From an uncultured Gemmatimonadales bacterium (lineage in GTDB: Bacteria > Gemmatimonadota > Gemmatimonadetes > Gemmatimonadales > GWC2-71-9), in NCBI GenBank assembly GCA_963695555.1, contig CAVOGR010000004.1, forward strand, positions 85,952-149,951: a DNA stretch of 64,000 bases, read 5' to 3'. The notes under the pieces are model-generated. The model did no database searches and was not told the DNA's origin. It saw only the letters and a program-made list of their open reading frames with translations. Made by a program: the position numbers and the translations under genes. Positions 41,061 through 53,997 of the stretch are shown here, one piece after another. Numbering within the stretch: the first letter of the stretch is position 1; the number at the start of each line of letters is the position of its first letter.

Positions 41061-43318
41061 GCACTGAGCAGCGTCGCAAACTCGGCGCGATCGCAGCCCT
41101 TGCCGCGGGCATCTTCGTGGCCCTCGCCCTGCTCCTGACCCCTTGGACTGGGCCGCTCGGTTCCGTCCTCGGGACCAGCCTCTGGCGCTGGCTCGGCGTC
41201 GGCGCGGTGGGACTCCCGCTCCTCGGTCTCGGGCTGGCCCTCGCGGGGTTCGGGTACCTGCCACAACTCTCCATGCCACGGGTAGCCGCGCTGGTTGGAG
41301 GGCTCTGCCTCATCGTGCCCTTCATCCTGGGGGTGCTCTTTCGCATCACGCCCGATGCCTTCGTGCCCGAACTCGCCGAGTGGGGCATCGACGCTCGACT
41401 GACCGGGCTCCTGCCCGGTGTGCTGGCCCGGGGGGCGTACAGCGTCGTCGGGTTCGCCGGCGGGCTTTTGTTGGGGTTCCTCCTCCTCTCCGCCGTCACG
41501 CTCGGAACCATCGCCTGGCACCCGCTCAAGCCGCTGGAGCAGCCCGAGGTGACGGGATGGACCCAGGCGGCCCGGTCGATGCTCGCGCGGCGTCAGAGCG
41601 ACTCATCCGAGCCGGACGATGTCGTCTCCGAACGGGAGCGGGCACCGGCCGAGCAGCGTAACCCAGCCACTCCGGCAAAGCTCTCGACGGCCGAGCGACC
41701 CGTGAGACCGGCGCGACCGGGACGGTCGAAACCGACCCCTGAGCCCCAGGCCCCCGAGGCCGATGCAGCACGCCATGACGCCCTGCCGCCGGTCGAACTA
41801 CTCAACCCCGTTCCCAGTGCGGAAGTCGATGCCGGGCAGTCCGAGCTCGACCGCCTTCAGCAGGTGCTGCTCGATACGCTCAAGACCTTCAATGTGGAGT
41901 GCCGCGTGGTGGGCCGGACGACTGGTCCGGTGGTCACGCAATTCGAAGTGGTGCCGGCGCCGGGCGTGAAGGTGGGACGGATCGCCGCGCTGGCGGACGA
42001 TCTGGCGCTCACCATGCACGCCCCATCGATCCGGATCGTCGCTCCGATTCCCGGACGAGGTGCGGTTGGCGTCGAGGTGCCGAACCCCACGCCGCGCCTG
42101 GTGGCCATCAGGTCGCTGATCGAGAGCCCCGAGTGGACCCGTGCCCGCGCGACACTCCCCATCGTGCTCGGCCGCGACCTCGAAGGACGGCCGGTGATCG
42201 CCGATTTGGGCAAGATGCCGCACCTGCTGATTGCCGGAGCCACCGGCTCGGGCAAGTCGGTCGCCATCAATACGATCATCACCAGTCTGATCTATCGGTA
42301 TGCACCGAAAGCGCTGCAGTTCTTGATGATCGATCCGAAGATGGTCGAGCTGTCGATGTACAACACCCTGCCGCATCTCAAGCACAAGGTGGTCACCAAC
42401 AACCACGAAGCGGCCAAGGTGCTCAAGTGGGCGGTCATGGAAATGGACCGCCGCTATGCCCTGCTTCATGCCAACAAGGCGCGCAATGTTGCCGACTTCA
42501 ACCGGAAGGTCGAGCAGGGAAAGCCGCTGCGGCATCCCGAGCCGCCGAAGCTGACCCTGTCGACCATCAGCGCGGAGCCGCCTGACACGCCGCCCCCGCC
42601 CGAGCAGCCCGAGGAATACACCGCCGGTCAGCTGCCGCTCATCGTGATCATCGTCGACGAGCTGGCGGACCTCATGATGACGGTGCAGGGCGAGATCGAG
42701 ACGCCGTTGGCCATGCTGGCCCAAAAAGCCCGCGCCATCGGCATTCACCTCCTGCTGGCGACCCAGCGGCCCTCTGTCAACGTCATTACCGGCCTCATCA
42801 AGGCAAACTTCCCGAGTCGCATTGCGTTTCGGGTCGCCTCCAAGGTGGACAGCAGGACTATTCTGGACCAAAACGGGGCCGAGGCCCTCCTCGGGAACGG
42901 AGACATGCTGTTCCTGCCTCCGGGCAAGAGCGAGCCACAGCGGCTCCAGGGCGCATTCATCGCGACGGAAGAGACCGAGCGCATCATGCGGTGGTACGAC
43001 ATGCGAGACCTCGAGCCCGGGGGTGCGGAGGAGGACATCCTCGAAGTCGTGCGGGCCCGGGAGTCCGAGGCCGAGGGTGGGCCCACGCGTGAGGGGCCCG
43101 AGGAACGCGATGCGCTGTTTCGCGAAGCGGCCGAAGCATGTCTTCATAACGACGGCGGGTCGACCTCGCTGCTTCAGCGCCGGCTCCGGATCGGCTACGG
43201 CCGCGCGGCACGCATCATCGACCAGCTGCACGAGGCCGGTATTCTCGGACCGCCGGACGGGAGCAAGCCGCGAGATCTGTTGATCGGTTTCGACCAACTC
43301 GACGAGTACTGCGACTGA
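41057..43318 (+). CDS. ftsK: DNA translocase FtsK
   Basis: N-terminal TMs; PHLLIAGATGSGKS, DPKMVEL, DELADLM, ATQRPS, SLLQRRLRIGYGRAAR. Confidence 0.97.
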   Translation: MSTEQRRKLGAIAALAAGIFVALALLLTPWTGPLGSVLGTSLWRWLGVGAVGLPLLGLGLALAGFGYLPQLSMPRVAALVGGLCLIVPFILGVLFRITPDAFVPELAEWGIDARLTGLLPGVLARGAYSVVGFAGGLLLGFLLLSAVTLGTIAWHPLKPLEQPEVTGWTQAARSMLARRQSDSSEPDDVVSERERAPAEQRNPATPAKLSTAERPVRPARPGRSKPTPEPQAPEADAARHDALPPVELLNPVPSAEVDAGQSELDRLQQVLLDTLKTFNVECRVVGRTTGPVVTQFEVVPAPGVKVGRIAALADDLALTMHAPSIRIVAPIPGRGAVGVEVPNPTPRLVAIRSLIESPEWTRARATLPIVLGRDLEGRPVIADLGKMPHLLIAGATGSGKSVAINTIITSLIYRYAPKALQFLMIDPKMVELSMYNTLPHLKHKVVTNNHEAAKVLKWAVMEMDRRYALLHANKARNVADFNRKVEQGKPLRHPEPPKLTLSTISAEPPDTPPPPEQPEEYTAGQLPLIVIIVDELADLMMTVQGEIETPLAMLAQKARAIGIHLLLATQRPSVNVITGLIKANFPSRIAFRVASKVDSRTILDQNGAEALLGNGDMLFLPPGKSEPQRLQGAFIATEETERIMRWYDMRDLEPGGAEEDILEVVRARESEAEGGPTREGPEERDALFREAAEACLHNDGGSTSLLQRRLRIGYGRAARIIDQLHEAGILGPPDGSKPRDLLIGFDQLDEYCD

Positions 43319-43444
43319 GATCGAGCGCCACCCACGGCGCTCACACGCCCGCCCCACACCTCGAACACATACACCTCGAACAATCTCGACCAACATCGCG
43401 CTGAAACGGTGCCGACAATGCGGCGCTGGGCGCTAGGTTGGCCT

Positions 43445-43855
43445 ATGGCTCGCACCCGTCGCTTTCTGCCGGTCGAAGCCTGGGACGATGCCCGGCATCG
43501 CTTGGGGTTCCGGGGTGAGATGGCAGCGCTGGCCTACCTCACATCGTGCGGGTGGAGCATCGAGGCCCACCGCTTTCGGTTGGGACGGCACGACCTCGAC
43601 CTGGTTGCGCGTCGAGCGAAGGTCGTGGCGTTCGTGGAGGTCAAGACGCGTCGGGGAAGCAGCTGTGGCGCCCCACTCGAATCACTCGGCGCACGACAGC
43701 GGGCAACCATCATGCGGCTCGCTGAGATCTGGCGGCTCAGGTATGGCCGGCCGGGCGACACCTACCGATTCGACCTCATCGGAGTATTGGAGCGGACCGG
43801 CGGCGGCCACCTGATCGAACACGTGCCCGACGCATGGCGAGGAGGGGGGCGGTAG
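43445..43855 (+). CDS. yraN: YraN family endonuclease-like protein
   Basis: LGFRGEMAA, DLDLVA, FVEVKTR, YRFDLI. Confidence 0.88.
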   Translation: MARTRRFLPVEAWDDARHRLGFRGEMAALAYLTSCGWSIEAHRFRLGRHDLDLVARRAKVVAFVEVKTRRGSSCGAPLESLGARQRATIMRLAEIWRLRYGRPGDTYRFDLIGVLERTGGGHLIEHVPDAWRGGGR

Positions 43856-43865
43856 GACTCGAGGC

Positions 43866-43894
43866 TTGCTTCGGCAAATCTTCGGTAGTATACT
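43866..43894 (+). promoter_or_regulatory. Sigma70-like recA promoter
   Basis: TTGCTT-N17-TATACT; GAGG RBS before ATG 43948. Confidence 0.65.
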
Positions 43895-43947
43895 GGTAGT
43901 GTCAAAGTGTAGCAAAATCGGTCACTTTTTCTCTTTCTGAGGTTACC

Positions 43948-45062
43948 ATGGCAGCCGAGTCAGAACGCCGGAAGGCCCTCAACCTGGCCATCGCGCAGAT
44001 CGAGAAGCAGTTGGGCAAGGGCTCGATCATGCGGATGGGGGCAGACGGGCCGCGCGTGCCGGTCGCAGCGATCCCGACCGGTGCCATCAACCTCGATGCG
44101 GCGACCGGTGTCGGCGGGGTTCCGCGCGGCCGGGTCACCGAGATCTACGGGCCCGAGTCATCGGGGAAGACCACGCTCTGACGCTCCATCTCGCTGCCAA
44201 TACCCAGCGCGCCGGCGGGGTGGCGGCGTATGTCGACGCCGAGCACGCGCTGGACATCGAGTACGCCAAGAAGCTCGGCGTCGACATCGAAAACCTGCTG
44301 GTGTCGCAGCCGGACACCGGGGAGCAGGCGCTCGAGATCGTCGAGATCCTGGTACGCTCGGGCGCGGTGGACCTCGTGGTGATCGATTCGGTGGCGGCGC
44401 TCGTGCCCAAGGCGGAAATCGAAGGGGAGATGGGCGACAGCCACGTGGGGTTGCAGGCGCGTCTCATGAGTCAGGCGCTCCGTAAGCTGGCCGGTGCCAT
44501 CAGCCGCTCGAACTGTGCCGTGGTGTTCATCAACCAGCTGCGTGAGAAGATCGGTGTCATGTTCGGCAATCCCGAGACGACCACCGGCGGCAAGGCGCTC
44601 AAGTTCTATGCTTCGCTTCGGCTGGATATCCGCCGCATCGGTCCCGGTCAAAGAGCGCGATGCAGATCGTGGGCAATCACGTGCGGGTCAAGGTGGTCAA
44701 GAACAAGGTCGCGCCGCCCTTCAAGCAGGCGGAATTCGACATCATGTTCGATGAGGGCATCAGCCACACGTCCCTGCTTGGTCGATATCGCGGCCGAGGC
44801 CGGCATCATCCAGAAGTCCGGGGCGTGGTACTCCTATGGCGATCAGCGCATCGGCCAGGGCCGGGAGAACGCCAAGCTCTTCCTGAAGGACAATCCGGAA
44901 CTCATGGCGGAAGTCGAGGTCAAAGTCCGAGAGCTGCTCGGCCTTCGGCCTCAGATCGATGCCCCCGTGGTTCCTGAAGCCGCGGCTACGCCGGCCGACC
45001 CCGAGCCCGCAAGCGGTGCTGCTGCCCCGGCCAGGTCGAAGAAATCGGTCGCGGCCAAGTAG
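43948..45062 (+). CDS. recA: Recombinase A, with about 4 apparent indels (probable sequence errors)
   Basis: [57 protein letters not shown] spread over frames; shifts near 44178, 44645, 44662 and 44780. Confidence 0.96.
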
Positions 45063-45760
45063 TGGGTCTCACCCTGCTTCACGTGGATCACCCGGCCGGC
45101 CTCCCAGCCCGCGCCTCCATCACGGCGCTCGAGCCCGATCCCGTCCGACCGGAAACGGTGCATGTGTGGGTGGACGGGAGGCGGTTTTGTACCGTTCCGG
45201 TTGAGGCGCTTCGCGACGCAGGTCTCACGGTGGGGAGTGCCGTCGATCGGGCGGCAGAAGCAGAGCTGGGGCAGGCGGCCGATCGGGAGGCCGCCTTTCG
45301 CACGGCGCTGAGAGCACTCGAGCGCCGTGCGTTCTCGGCCAATGACTTGGCCCGACGCCTGGTGCGGAAGGGCCACCCTCCCCAGGCGGTCGATCATGCC
45401 ATCGAGCGGCTGAACGCCGTCGGCCTGCTGGACGATGCCAGGTACGCGGCCCAGTTCGTCGAGGTGTACTCGGCGCGCGGCCGCGGCCCCGTGCGCCTCC
45501 GGGCCGATCTCCGTCGACGGGGGGTGGGTTCCGACGTCATCGACCGGGCGCTGGCGGAGCAATTCCCCCCGGGAACAGATCTCAAGGCTCAAACCGTGGC
45601 CCTCGCGAAGAAGCGAGCGGCGCAGCTGGGCGACCTGTCGCACGGGGTGAAGCGCAGGCGCCTGCTGGCCTACCTGGCCCGGCGGGGATTCAGGGGCAGC
45701 GAGGTCCTCGAGGCGGTCAACGAGGTTCTGATGCCGCCCGCCTCCTGGTCGGATTCCTGA
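45062..45760 (+). CDS. recX: RecX regulator
   Basis: LLDDARYA, GRGPVRLRADLRRRGV, LLAYLARRGF; TAGTG coupling to recA. Confidence 0.9.
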   Translation: MGLTLLHVDHPAGLPARASITALEPDPVRPETVHVWVDGRRFCTVPVEALRDAGLTVGSAVDRAAEAELGQAADREAAFRTALRALERRAFSANDLARRLVRKGHPPQAVDHAIERLNAVGLLDDARYAAQFVEVYSARGRGPVRLRADLRRRGVGSDVIDRALAEQFPPGTDLKAQTVALAKKRAAQLGDLSHGVKRRRLLAYLARRGFRGSEVLEAVNEVLMPPASWSDS

Positions 45761-45804
45761 CAGCTGGCCGCCGGACGGCGTGGCCGCGCGACGCGTGGTA
45801 GTGA

Positions 45805-48463
<2,659 letters not shown>

Positions 48464-48467
<4 letters not shown>

Positions 48468-48769
48468 CCGCCGCCCAATCGTGGATTGCTGATCGCGTCG
48501 GTCGGGCACCGGCGGAACTCAGGGACCAGATACTCCGCGACACCGAAGACACTTCCCCCACGGCATCGCTGCAGGATGCTCTGGCCGGCGCGGGGCTGGC
48601 CGCCCTGGAAAGGGCACTGGCCACACCCGCCGACCGTGCGACCGCACTCGACCTCCTCACGGCCGACGCGTTGATTACGCTGGCCCTCTTGGCGCAGGCC
48701 GAGGTCCGACCCGAGGAGCTCGGGCGATTCGCCGGAACACTCGTGCTGGTCCATTCGGCTCAGGCGTGA
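48464..48769 (+). CDS. Small helical hypothetical protein
   Basis: TTGA and GTGA overlaps with both neighbours; ALDLLTADALIT. Confidence 0.6.
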
Positions 48770-49530
48770 TCGATCTCCACAGCCACCTCCTACCCGGAGT
48801 CGATGACGGCGCACGTTCCGTGGATCAGGCCGTTCCAGTTCTCGCCCAGATGGCAGCCAGCGGGGTCACCGACGTGTGTCTCACACCCCACCTCCTCGCG
48901 AGCACCCTCGGTCAAGGGATCCCGGGGTCCCACGACCGCGCATTCGAGGTGCTGCGAGAGCAAGTTGGCGGCTCACCCCGGCTTCACCGCGGGGCGGAGG
49001 TCATGCTGGACCGGCCACTGGAGAGCGGCGTCGCCTCCGAGCGAATGGCCACCCTGGCGGGATCGCGCTACATGCTGGTCGAGTTTCCCCGCCTCGTGGC
49101 GTACGGCGCCGTCGTACAAGCCCTCCAACGAGTGGTCGACATCGGTCTCGTACCAATTCTCGCCCATCCGGAACGGTACGCCTGCTGTACAGTGGGCGCG
49201 GTGCAGCGCTGGCGGGAACTCGGAGCGCGCATGCAGGTGGATGGCACTACGGTGTTGTCGCTTCATGGGCGGGGCAATCGGGCCCGACGGCTCCTCGACG
49301 AGGGACTGGCAGACCTCCTGGCATCGGACAACCATGGCGATGAACGCATGCTGACCGGGGCCGCGAATCTACTGGTAGAGCAGAACGGTGCTCTTCAGGC
49401 CTCCATATTGACGGAGCGGAATCCCGGGGCGATCCTCGCGGATGAAGACCTCGAGCCAGTTCCGCCATTTTCCATACGGACGTCCTGGATCGAGCGTGTT
49501 CGCGGGCTGCTCGAGCGGGGGGATCGATGA
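48766..49530 (+). CDS. PHP-family tyrosine phosphatase (CpsB/YwqE-like)
   Basis: IDLHSHLLPGVDDG, LTPH, ILAHPERY, ASDNH. Confidence 0.9.
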   Translation: MIDLHSHLLPGVDDGARSVDQAVPVLAQMAASGVTDVCLTPHLLASTLGQGIPGSHDRAFEVLREQVGGSPRLHRGAEVMLDRPLESGVASERMATLAGSRYMLVEFPRLVAYGAVVQALQRVVDIGLVPILAHPERYACCTVGAVQRWRELGARMQVDGTTVLSLHGRGNRARRLLDEGLADLLASDNHGDERMLTGAANLLVEQNGALQASILTERNPGAILADEDLEPVPPFSIRTSWIERVRGLLERGDR

Positions 49531-50099
49531 GAGAAGAACGCGTTGCGGATGGGTTACGTGCGCTCGCCCGGCTGGCGGAGGCCACGGTCGATCAGCGTGA
49601 GGCGGTGGTCGAGTTGGCGGACCTGTACCTGCAAGCGCTTCGCGCTGGCGGGACGCTCTATTTTGCCGGTAATGGCGGCAGTGCCGCCGATGCGCAGCAT
49701 CTCGCCGCCGAGTATGTGGTCCGTTACGGACGGACCCGTCGAGGACTGGCCGCGGTCGCGCTGACCACCGACAGCTCGATCCTGACCGCGCAGAGCAACG
49801 ACGTCGGATTCGAATCGGTGTTTGCCCGTCAAGTCGAGGCGTTCTGCGGAAAGGACGACCTGCTCGTGTTGCACAGTACGAGCGGACGGAGCCCCAACCT
49901 CCTGCGGGCGGCTGAAGCCGCGCGGCATGCGGGCACGAAGGTCGTGGCATTCGTCGGGCAGCATGGCGCCGCCTTGGCCGACATGGCCGATGCTTCCTTT
50001 GTCGTGCAGAGCGCCGACCCCAGCCACATCCAGGAAATCCAACTCGCTGTTCAGCACCTCATCGTTGGGTTGGTCGAAGAAAGCGTGGCGGAATCATGA
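49527..50099 (+). CDS. gmhA: Phosphoheptose isomerase
   Basis: GNGGSAADAQHLAAE, FARQVEA, STSGRSPN, IQE. Confidence 0.92.
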   Translation: MREERVADGLRALARLAEATVDQREAVVELADLYLQALRAGGTLYFAGNGGSAADAQHLAAEYVVRYGRTRRGLAAVALTTDSSILTAQSNDVGFESVFARQVEAFCGKDDLLVLHSTSGRSPNLLRAAEAARHAGTKVVAFVGQHGAALADMADASFVVQSADPSHIQEIQLAVQHLIVGLVEESVAES

Positions 50100-50848
50100 T
50101 CGATTTGGCGGGAAAAGCAGCGCTGATCACCGGAGCATCGCGGGGCATCGGCCAGGCCACCGCTCTCCTGTTTGCCGAGGCCGGTGCGGACGTTGGCGTC
50201 ACCTATCGCGTGCGGAGGGCCGAGGCCGAAGCGGTGGTGCGGAGCATCCGGGACCTCGGCCGGAACGCCTATGCCGGCGGCGGCGACCTGGCAGACTCGC
50301 AGGTGGTGGCCACGATCATGCGGGAGTTTCTGGCCTGTTTCGGTCGGCTCGATTACCTGGTGGTGAATGCGGGCGTGTGGCCCGAGGCGGCGGTCGCTCT
50401 GGGTGAGCTCGATGAGCGGCGGTGGCGGAGTACCATGTCGGCAAACCTCGACGCGGTGTTCCAGACCTGCCGCGCCGCGCTATCGCACATGGGAGGAGGC
50501 GGAAGCCTGGTCTTGGTCTCGAGCACAGCCGGTCAGCGGGGCGAAGCATTCCACGCCGACTACGCGGCCACCAAGGGCGGAATCATCGCACTGACCAAGT
50601 CGCTCGCCATCGAGTACGCCCCCGACATCACCGTCAACTGTGTTGCGCCCGGCTGGGTCGACACTGAAATGAGCGCCTCGGCGTTGGCGGGGGAAGGACG
50701 GGCCGCAGTGACGGCCACGATCCCGCTCCGACGCATCGCATCCGCTGCCGATGTGGCCGGACCCATTCTCTTCTTGTGCAGTCACCTGGCACGCCACATC
50801 ACGGGCGAGGTGCTCAACGTGAACGGTGGGAGTGTCCTCTGTGGCTGA
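50096..50848 (+). CDS. Short-chain dehydrogenase/reductase (FabG-like)
   Basis: TGASRGIG, VNAG, YAATK, VNCVAPGWVDT. Confidence 0.92.
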   Translation: MIDLAGKAALITGASRGIGQATALLFAEAGADVGVTYRVRRAEAEAVVRSIRDLGRNAYAGGGDLADSQVVATIMREFLACFGRLDYLVVNAGVWPEAAVALGELDERRWRSTMSANLDAVFQTCRAALSHMGGGGSLVLVSSTAGQRGEAFHADYAATKGGIIALTKSLAIEYAPDITVNCVAPGWVDTEMSASALAGEGRAAVTATIPLRRIASAADVAGPILFLCSHLARHITGEVLNVNGGSVLCG

Positions 50849-52112
50849 ACCATTGACGTTTCCCGATTCCATTGAAGTCCCGCCGCGGGTGCTGGAGATC
50901 ATTCAGCAACTCGAGGACGCCGGGTACGAAGCCTGGTGTGTCGGTGGAGCCATTCGGGACGCATTGCTCAAAAATCCTCATGCGGACTTCGACGTGGCGA
51001 CGTCGGCAACACCCGAAACGGTGCAGTCCTTGTTTCGCCATACCGTGCCGGTGGGGATTAAGTATGGGACGGTCGGCGTATTGGATCCGGACCGCGTCCT
51101 GCACGAGGTCACCACCTTCCGTCGCGATGTCCGCACCGATGGGCGCCATGCTGAGGTCGAGTTTGGCGTCAGCCTCGAAGAAGATCTCGCGCGACGGGAC
51201 TTTACCATCAACGCCATTGCCTATCACCCTCTGCAACGCGAGTGGCGCGACCCGCATGCCGGTCGGCAAGACCTCGAGCGGCACATGGTTCGGGCGGTCG
51301 GGGAGCCGGATCAACGATTCCGCGAGGACTATCTCCGGATCCTTCGCGCACTGCGGTTCGCAGCCCGGTTCGGATTCCAAATCGATGCCCTGACGTGGCG
51401 GGCAGCACGGGCAGAGGCCGCCGGGCTCCGCGGCCTGTCGGCGGAACGGGTGCGGGATGAATGGTATAAGGGGCTCCGAACCGCCAGGTCGATCAATCGC
51501 TTGGTCCGGGAGTGGGTGCAGGTCGGTGCCGCGGAAATCTGGATTCCCGAGTTGATCACCCCCTCGCGTGGCGGGGACGTCGAAGCCGGCCGTTGGCGGC
51601 GCCTCGTCGACGGCGGAGCCGTTGAGATCGCCTCTGACACTGGCGAAATCGACCGAGGGGCTGTGCGCGATCCTGTGCCGCTCACGGTCTTGCTCTGCCT
51701 CGATCCTGTTGCCGTTCTTCGGCGGTTCAGGGCATCGAACAGCGAGATCTACCGAGCGACAGCCATGATGGCCGGTCCATTGGAGCCGGCAGGTGGAGAC
51801 GAGGTATCGGTGCGGCGTTGGATGGCCGCCGTCGGAGAAGCGGCCGACGACTTGGCCCAGCTTTGGACCCTTCGGCAGGGCACGCCGTGGCCCTGGGATT
51901 CCGTGATGCGGCGGATCCAGGAGCGCGGCGATCCACTCACTCGCGCCGATCTCGCGGTGACGGGGACCGACCTGACCGAAGCGGGGATCGCGCCCGGACC
52001 GACCCTCGGGGAGTGCCTCGAGACCTTGTTGATTGCCGTGGTGGAAGATCCGTCGCGGAATACCCGTGAGCAGCTCCTCTCACTGGCCCGAGAAGCCGTG
52101 CGCCTACCGTGA
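50841..52112 (+). CDS. cca: Class II tRNA nucleotidyltransferase (CCA-adding), without an HD domain
   Basis: VGGAIRD..DFDVAT, EDLARRDFTINA, RFREDYLRILRALRF, SAERVRDE. Confidence 0.88.
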   Translation: MAEPLTFPDSIEVPPRVLEIIQQLEDAGYEAWCVGGAIRDALLKNPHADFDVATSATPETVQSLFRHTVPVGIKYGTVGVLDPDRVLHEVTTFRRDVRTDGRHAEVEFGVSLEEDLARRDFTINAIAYHPLQREWRDPHAGRQDLERHMVRAVGEPDQRFREDYLRILRALRFAARFGFQIDALTWRAARAEAAGLRGLSAERVRDEWYKGLRTARSINRLVREWVQVGAAEIWIPELITPSRGGDVEAGRWRRLVDGGAVEIASDTGEIDRGAVRDPVPLTVLLCLDPVAVLRRFRASNSEIYRATAMMAGPLEPAGGDEVSVRRWMAAVGEAADDLAQLWTLRQGTPWPWDSVMRRIQERGDPLTRADLAVTGTDLTEAGIAPGPTLGECLETLLIAVVEDPSRNTREQLLSLAREAVRLP

Positions 52113-53440
52113 ACGAGTCGGGCTTGTTCCACCCAGCCGAGCCGCTGGCGGCGCGGATGCGGCCACGAAGCATCGACGAGTGCGTCGGCCAGGGCCATCT
52201 CTTGCCGGTGGGGCGGCCGCTGGGCGACGCCATCCGCCGCGGCGATGTGGGAAGCGTCATCCTGTGGGGGCCGCCCGGTTCCGGCAAGACCACGTTGGCC
52301 ATGCTGATCGCGCGATACACCGACCGATACTTCGTCGCGTTCAGCGCCGTGACCGAGGGGATCCCGCGCATTCGGCAGATCCTCAAGGAGGCGGACGCCC
52401 ACCGCCAGCTCGGGCGGGGCACGATTGTATTCTGCGACGAGATCCACCGGTTCAACACCGCGCAACAAGACGCCCTGCTGCCCCATGTCGAGCAGGGGCT
52501 CATTACCCTGATCGGCGCGACGACCGAAAATCCAAGTTTTGCGTTGAACGCCGCGCTGCTCTCGCGATGCCGGGTGTATGTGCTCGAGCCGCTCGGGTCG
52601 GAGCACCTGGTGAAGCTCATTCGCCGAGCCTTTGGAGACGGGGATCGGGGCCTGGGTAATTTGCGTCTCCAGGTGGATGATGAAGCGGTCGTTTTCCTTG
52701 CCGCTCACGCCGACGGGGATGCGCGGCGGGCGCTCAGTGTGATCGAATCCGCCGCCCACCACGTCGGTCCCGGGGGGCACGTCACCCACACCGTCATCGC
52801 CGAGGTATTTGCCCGGCGCGTCCCCGCCTACGACCGGGATGGCGAGCGGCACTACAACTCCATCTCGGCGCTACACAAGGCCGTCCGGGGCAGTGACCCG
52901 CAGGGTGCCCTCTATTGGTTGGCGCGGATGGTCGAGGGCGGGGAAGATCCGCTGTACCTCGCCCGCCGACTGGTTCGCATCGCCACTGAGGACATCGGAT
53001 TGGCCGATCCGCGTGCGCTCACGGTCGCGCTGGCGGCAAAGGAAGCCTACCAGTTCCTGGGGACGCCCGAAGGGGAGCTCGCCTTGGCCGAGGCACTGGT
53101 GTACCTGGCGACCGCCCCCAAGTCCAACAAGGTGTACACAGCTTGGCAGGACGCCGTCTCGGCCGCCCGGGCAACGCCTGCGCTGGACGTGCCGCTCCAT
53201 TTGAGGAACGCGTCGACTCCTCTCATGCAGGCCCTCGGCTACGGGCACGGCTATGCCTACGACCACGATGCCCTGGGGGGGATTGCGTCGCAGACCTACT
53301 TGCCGGAAGAGCTGGCGGGCCGGCAATTCTATGTTCCCGGTGCGACTGGCTTCGAACAACGCATTGCGGAACGGTTGGCATGGTGGGAAGAGCGGCGGCA
53401 GGCCATCCGGCCCGCGGCGGATCCGGCGTCAGTTGAGTGA
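52109..53440 (+). CDS. rarA: Replication-associated recombination protein RarA/MgsA
   Basis: PLAARMRP, GPPGSGKTT, DEIHRFN, GATTENP, ISALHKAVRGSD, EDIGLADP. Confidence 0.96.
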   Translation: MNESGLFHPAEPLAARMRPRSIDECVGQGHLLPVGRPLGDAIRRGDVGSVILWGPPGSGKTTLAMLIARYTDRYFVAFSAVTEGIPRIRQILKEADAHRQLGRGTIVFCDEIHRFNTAQQDALLPHVEQGLITLIGATTENPSFALNAALLSRCRVYVLEPLGSEHLVKLIRRAFGDGDRGLGNLRLQVDDEAVVFLAAHADGDARRALSVIESAAHHVGPGGHVTHTVIAEVFARRVPAYDRDGERHYNSISALHKAVRGSDPQGALYWLARMVEGGEDPLYLARRLVRIATEDIGLADPRALTVALAAKEAYQFLGTPEGELALAEALVYLATAPKSNKVYTAWQDAVSAARATPALDVPLHLRNASTPLMQALGYGHGYAYDHDALGGIASQTYLPEELAGRQFYVPGATGFEQRIAERLAWWEERRQAIRPAADPASVE

Positions 53441-53511
53441 TGCCCCGTCGGCGGACTTGGCTATATTGAGACCATGCGATGCACGGAACGACTGGAGGTT
53501 GGCTGCGCTTG

Positions 53512-53997
53512 ATGCAATCTCTGAGCAGATGCTGGTCCATACTCCTCATGGTGGCCCTATCCGCCTGTTCAACTCTCGGCTTGCAGCAATTCCAAGATCC
53601 AACGATCGAGCTTCATGGCATCCTGGTCCGCAACGTCACCCTGGCCGGTGGGACGCTCGATGTTGAGGTCCGGGTCCGGAATCCAAACAGCTATGCCATC
53701 CGGGCGACTCGTCTCGCGGTCGGTTTGCGCGTTGCCGGGACCCCAATCGGCGAGATCGTTCATGATGCTGCCTTCGATCTCCCGAAGGCCGGAACCACGC
53801 CGATGACTCTCCCGTTCGATTTTCGGTGGGAGGGCGTCGGAGCCGCGACACGCGCGGCGGTGCTCGATGGCCGGTTTGCGTACGACTTCGCCGGTACCGT
53901 GCGAGTTCGTACATCGTTCGGTGAGCGCGATGTTGGCTTCCACCGCGACGGGGTAATTGACTTTACTCCCTCAAGGCTTGGCAGGTCCACCGATTAA
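53512..53997 (+). CDS. LEA type 2 (WHy) domain lipoprotein
   Basis: Lipobox LSAC; VRNPNSY motif; GGAGG upstream. Confidence 0.8.
   Translation: MQSLSRCWSILLMVALSACSTLGLQQFQDPTIELHGILVRNVTLAGGTLDVEVRVRNPNSYAIRATRLAVGLRVAGTPIGEIVHDAAFDLPKAGTTPMTLPFDFRWEGVGAATRAAVLDGRFAYDFAGTVRVRTSFGERDVGFHRDGVIDFTPSRLGRSTD

Noticed and set aside
43356..43395. Direct repeats as a mini-CRISPR
   Set aside because: 12-bp units with a 3-bp gap and no cas genes.
43948..45062. recA, efp and alaS as true pseudogenes or programmed frameshifts
   Set aside because: Several scattered indels with preserved protein motifs and no obvious slippery-site pattern fit consensus error.
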